A DNA stretch of 63,263 nt, the filler included, from Chiloscyllium plagiosum (taxonomy: Eukaryota), in the NCBI RefSeq assembly GCF_004010195.1. It is 4 parts of one record of this genome, joined end to end, with 100 filler letters (N's around TTAATTAATTAA, not from the genome) between each part and the next. Parts side by side here need not be neighbours in the genome. Positions count along the whole stretch, not along the records: positions 59,226 to 63,263 come from NC_057716.1; 3 more parts are not named here. The stretch is one strand, 5' to 3'. Position 1 is the stretch's first letter. Every line of letters starts with the position of its first letter. Shown here piece by piece: positions 60,399-63,263 of this stretch. The notes beneath the pieces were generated by a model. It was given only the letters and a program-made list of their open reading frames with translations, was not told the origin of the DNA and did not search any database. The position numbers and the translations under genes were made by a program.

Positions 60399-60621
60399 AT
60401 CCCTCACCTTTATCTACCTATCACATTCCCAGCTACCTTTCCCCCAGCCCCACTCTCCTCCCATTTATCTCTCAGTCCCCACGGCCCACAAGTCTCATTC
60501 CTGATGAAGGGCTTATGCCCGAAACGTCGATTCTCCTGCTCCTCAGATGCTGTCTGACCTGTTGTGCCCTTCCAGCACCATACTCTCGACTCTGATCTCT
60601 AACATCTGCAGTCCTCACATT
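60399..60621 (+). mobile_element. PLE 3' terminus with intact minimal hammerhead and tail
   Basis: CTGATGA-A-GGGC-TTAT-GCCC-GAAA-CG-TC at 60501-60528. Degenerate TSD CAACATGGAGCAGG (60383-60396) / CAACTAGGAGCAGG (60622-60635). Confidence 0.85.
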
Positions 60622-61608
60622 CAACTAGGAGCAGGGGTAAGGCAAACTGTACGGTTGCCCCATCGTTCAATATGACCATGTCTGGTCTTGAGTTTCAACT
60701 CCACTTTCCCAATCCAGCCCTCGATTTCCTGACAGTATTTGAAGACTAGTCTCAACTGTACCATTAATTGACCACTTAAGGATCCCAATTGTCAGTGCTG
60801 TGGGATAATTGAGCTTGCATCTTCCTGTCCAACACTTAATTGAGATGGAGGCAGGAAGGTTTTGGGATGTTGCCATGCCAACTAATTACATTGCCTGCCT
60901 ACCTCCAGGCCAGCCACCTCTCCGACCCCCTGAAGATTCTGACCAATGCCTTTGGAATTTTATGCAGTTTTTTTTTCCCTTTTGAAACAATGAATAAACC
61001 AAACAGAATAGAGTTGGAAGTCAGCAGAAGTGCCTGCAGATGTGGACAACATTATGTAAAGACTGGCTCTCATCTCATGGATCTGAGCTAACTTTAGATG
61101 ATTGAGTCTCTCCATAAGCAATAAGGTTGCAGAACAAACAGCTTCAAGCAACATCTTCGATATTGATGATGAAATATATTCCTTTCACAATGAGATTGGT
61201 AGAGAGCCTGATGCAATGCTGCTCAGCATTATGGTAGCTCCCAATCCCTTAGTTAAAATACAGGTAACAGTAATATTATTCCTAAGCAAAGAAACCACTC
61301 TCCAAATCAAAGAAAGATGATCTGACATATTTCATTGACAGTCCTTATTCAAGTCTGCTGCTAATACAAGAACTCACAGCAGTCCCTATGCAGGCACTGC
61401 TATCACTGGGGTGAGTTTGGTAGGTGCAGTACGGAGCCTGAAGGTATTGTTGGGAAACCACCAAAATCTACCTTGAAACCATTAAACAAATCCAATTTCT
61501 CATGTACAGTAGTGTCTGTTGCAATCAATATGCATAATAATCAAAATACCACATCCATTAATTCAAAGACACCAATACTGTCCTTGATACACAACTAATT
61601 TAATTCAT

Positions 61609-61677
61609 GAGGGGAAAGTGAGGACTGTTCGTCGGATGATGCCTGACCTGCTGTGCTTTTCCAGCACCACACACTCG
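61609..61677. mobile_element. 69-nt inverted PLE micro-insertion with 15-bp TSD
   Basis: Inverted tail end GAGGGGAAAGTGAGGACTG joined to forward GGATGATGCCTGACCTGCTGTGCTTTTCCAGCACCACACACTCG. ACTAATTTAATTCAT (61594-61608) / ACTAATTTAATCCAT (61678-61692). Confidence 0.8.
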
Positions 61678-61692
61678 ACTAATTTAATCCAT

Positions 61693-61960
61693 TCACAGGA
61701 TGTGGGCATTGCTCACTCTGCCAGCATTTACTGCCCAGGCCTAATTGCCCTGTAGGGTGTGGTGATGAACTGCTTTCTTGAACCACTGAAGACTTTGGGA
61801 TGCAGGATGCTTTGAAATGCTAATAGGAAGGGATTTGACCCATAATGAAGGACATAGTGAAGGACCGTTGACATAGTTTCACATCAGGATAGTGTATTGC
61901 TTGCAGAGGAACTTACATATGGTGGTGTTCCCATGCAGCTGAGACACTTATGCTTCTAGA
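61693..61960 (-). mobile_element. LINE 3' UTR (family of 51140-52715)
   Basis: GGATGTGGGCATTGC...GCCAGCATTTACTGCCC...CTAATTGCCC is the reverse complement of the family tail. Confidence 0.75.
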
Positions 61961-62304
61961 ATTCACACAGAATTCACATGGCAACATGAGACTGCTGCAA
62001 GCAAGGAGATGATTTTCAGTTAATAGTACACTCATTATCTCTAAAATTTTCCTCAGGATATCATGAGTCTGTTTATTTGTCAATGATACTTAAGTGAATT
62101 TGAAATGTGTGTTATTTCCTACAACCTCACTGGTCAACAGAAATCATTTGATGATCTCAGACTTAGTTTTGAGGGCAGTGATAGGCTTTTGGAAACAATG
62201 GGGCACATTGCATCAGATATTTTGGAAGGATTCTCACTGTGTGGTCCAGCAATTTTTCTCTCTGCAACTTCCCAAACTCACCCCTCGGTAAGTATCTACC
62301 CCAC

Positions 62305-62350
62305 ATTTCCAGCTCTGATCTCCAGCATCTGCAGACCTCACTTTCTCCTC
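62305..62350 (+). mobile_element. 46-nt PLE tail-only insertion with perfect 15-bp TSD
   Basis: ATTTCCAGCTCTGATCTCCAGCATCTGCAGACCTCACTTTCTCCTC lies between AAGTATCTACCCCAC copies at 62290-62304 and 62351-62365. Confidence 0.88.
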
Positions 62351-62569
62351 AAGTATCTACCCCACCCTTGTGGTGGTCTCTCATCTACGATTCCACCTCA
62401 CCCCACATGGTACGTGGAACAACTCACCACTTACTGGCTATCTGCCGAAAGACTGGCATCTCTTGCTTCCATGCCATCACTGAGAGGCCACAGTGCATCT
62501 GGACAAGGGTTAGCAATCTGGTATTGCCTCTCACCAGCAACGGAAGTGGTGCAGGAAGCAAGGATTTAA

Positions 62570-63263
62570 GTTCTTGGATCACTGGGGTATATTTTGTGGT
62601 AAGCATAAATTCTACAAGAGAGACGGTTTACACCTTAATAGGTTAGGGACCAGTATTCTGGCAGGTAGGTTTGCTACTGCAACACCGCTACATTTAAACT
62701 AAGTAGCGGGGGGAGGGGACAAACTGGATGTTTAAAAAGGAAATTGAAGGGAAAGTTAGAACAAGAGAAGTCAAGAAAGACAACTGTATCAATGAGGCAG
62801 AAAACTCGGAAAGGGATCATGCTGTAAGGTTGAGTGAAATAGGGGTTGATGGGAAGGGGGAGAGCAGTAACAAATTAAAAATACTATACATGAATGCACG
62901 AAGAATTAGACATAAGATGGTTGAGCTTGAGACTCTTTTGGAAATTGGCAGATACGATATTGTGGGGATAACTGAGATGAATATTCAAGGCTACACGTGC
63001 TATCGTAAGGACAGACTGACGGGCAGAGGGGGTGGGGTGGGCTTGTTGGTAAGGAAGGATATTCAGTCCCTTGCGCAGGGGGACCTAGAGTCAGGGGATG
63101 TAGAGTCAGTGTGGATAGAGCTGCGAAACACTAAGGGTAAAAATACCCTTTTGGGAGTCATCTACAGGCTCCCAAACAGTAGTCTGGATGTCGGATGTAA
63201 GTTAAATCAGGAGCTGAAATTGGCCTGTTGCAAAGATGTTACTACAGTTGTTATGGGGGATTT
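62570..63263 (+). mobile_element. CR1 LINE ORF1 end / ORF2 APE endonuclease start (runs off window)
   Basis: YKRDGLHLN (esterase block V-like); KLKILYMNARRIRHKM.EL...YDIVGITE; YRKDR...GGGVGLLV; VESVWIELRN...GVIYRLPNS; VVMGDF. Confidence 0.92.

Noticed and set aside
1..63263. CRISPR arrays, rRNA, prokaryotic operons or viral genes
   Set aside because: No regularly spaced repeat-spacer units, rRNA motifs or gene-dense segments. The recurring GCTGGAAAAGCGCAGCAGG motif is a dispersed PLE terminus.

Overview
Vertebrate genomic DNA, most likely from a shark: the repeats look like HE1/V-SINE, a Deu-domain SINE and chondrichthyan CR1 LINEs. This is recognition from memory, not a database result. The window is AT-rich, repeat-dense and intron-like, with six N-gaps. 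Three gaps are 100-nt joins carrying an artificial TTAATTAATTAA linker. Almost all long ORFs are transposon debris: CR1 LINEs (ORF1 SGNH esterase, APE endonuclease, RT), L2/RTE relics, decayed PIF/Harbinger transposase and Myb/SANT relics, a probable solo LTR, and many Penelope-like elements (PLEs). The most structured signal is a set of PLE-derived insertions from about four families. They carry minimal hammerhead-ribozyme motifs, fold-back termini with a 33-44 nt one-sided tail, and 10-16 bp target-site duplications (TSDs). They range from a 3.7 kb inverted composite down to a 46-nt tail-only insert. A chain of phase-compatible minus-strand exon candidates (strongest at 9.6-11.3 kb and 53.8-55.6 kb) suggests an unidentified host gene, but I cannot name it or prove it from sequence alone.
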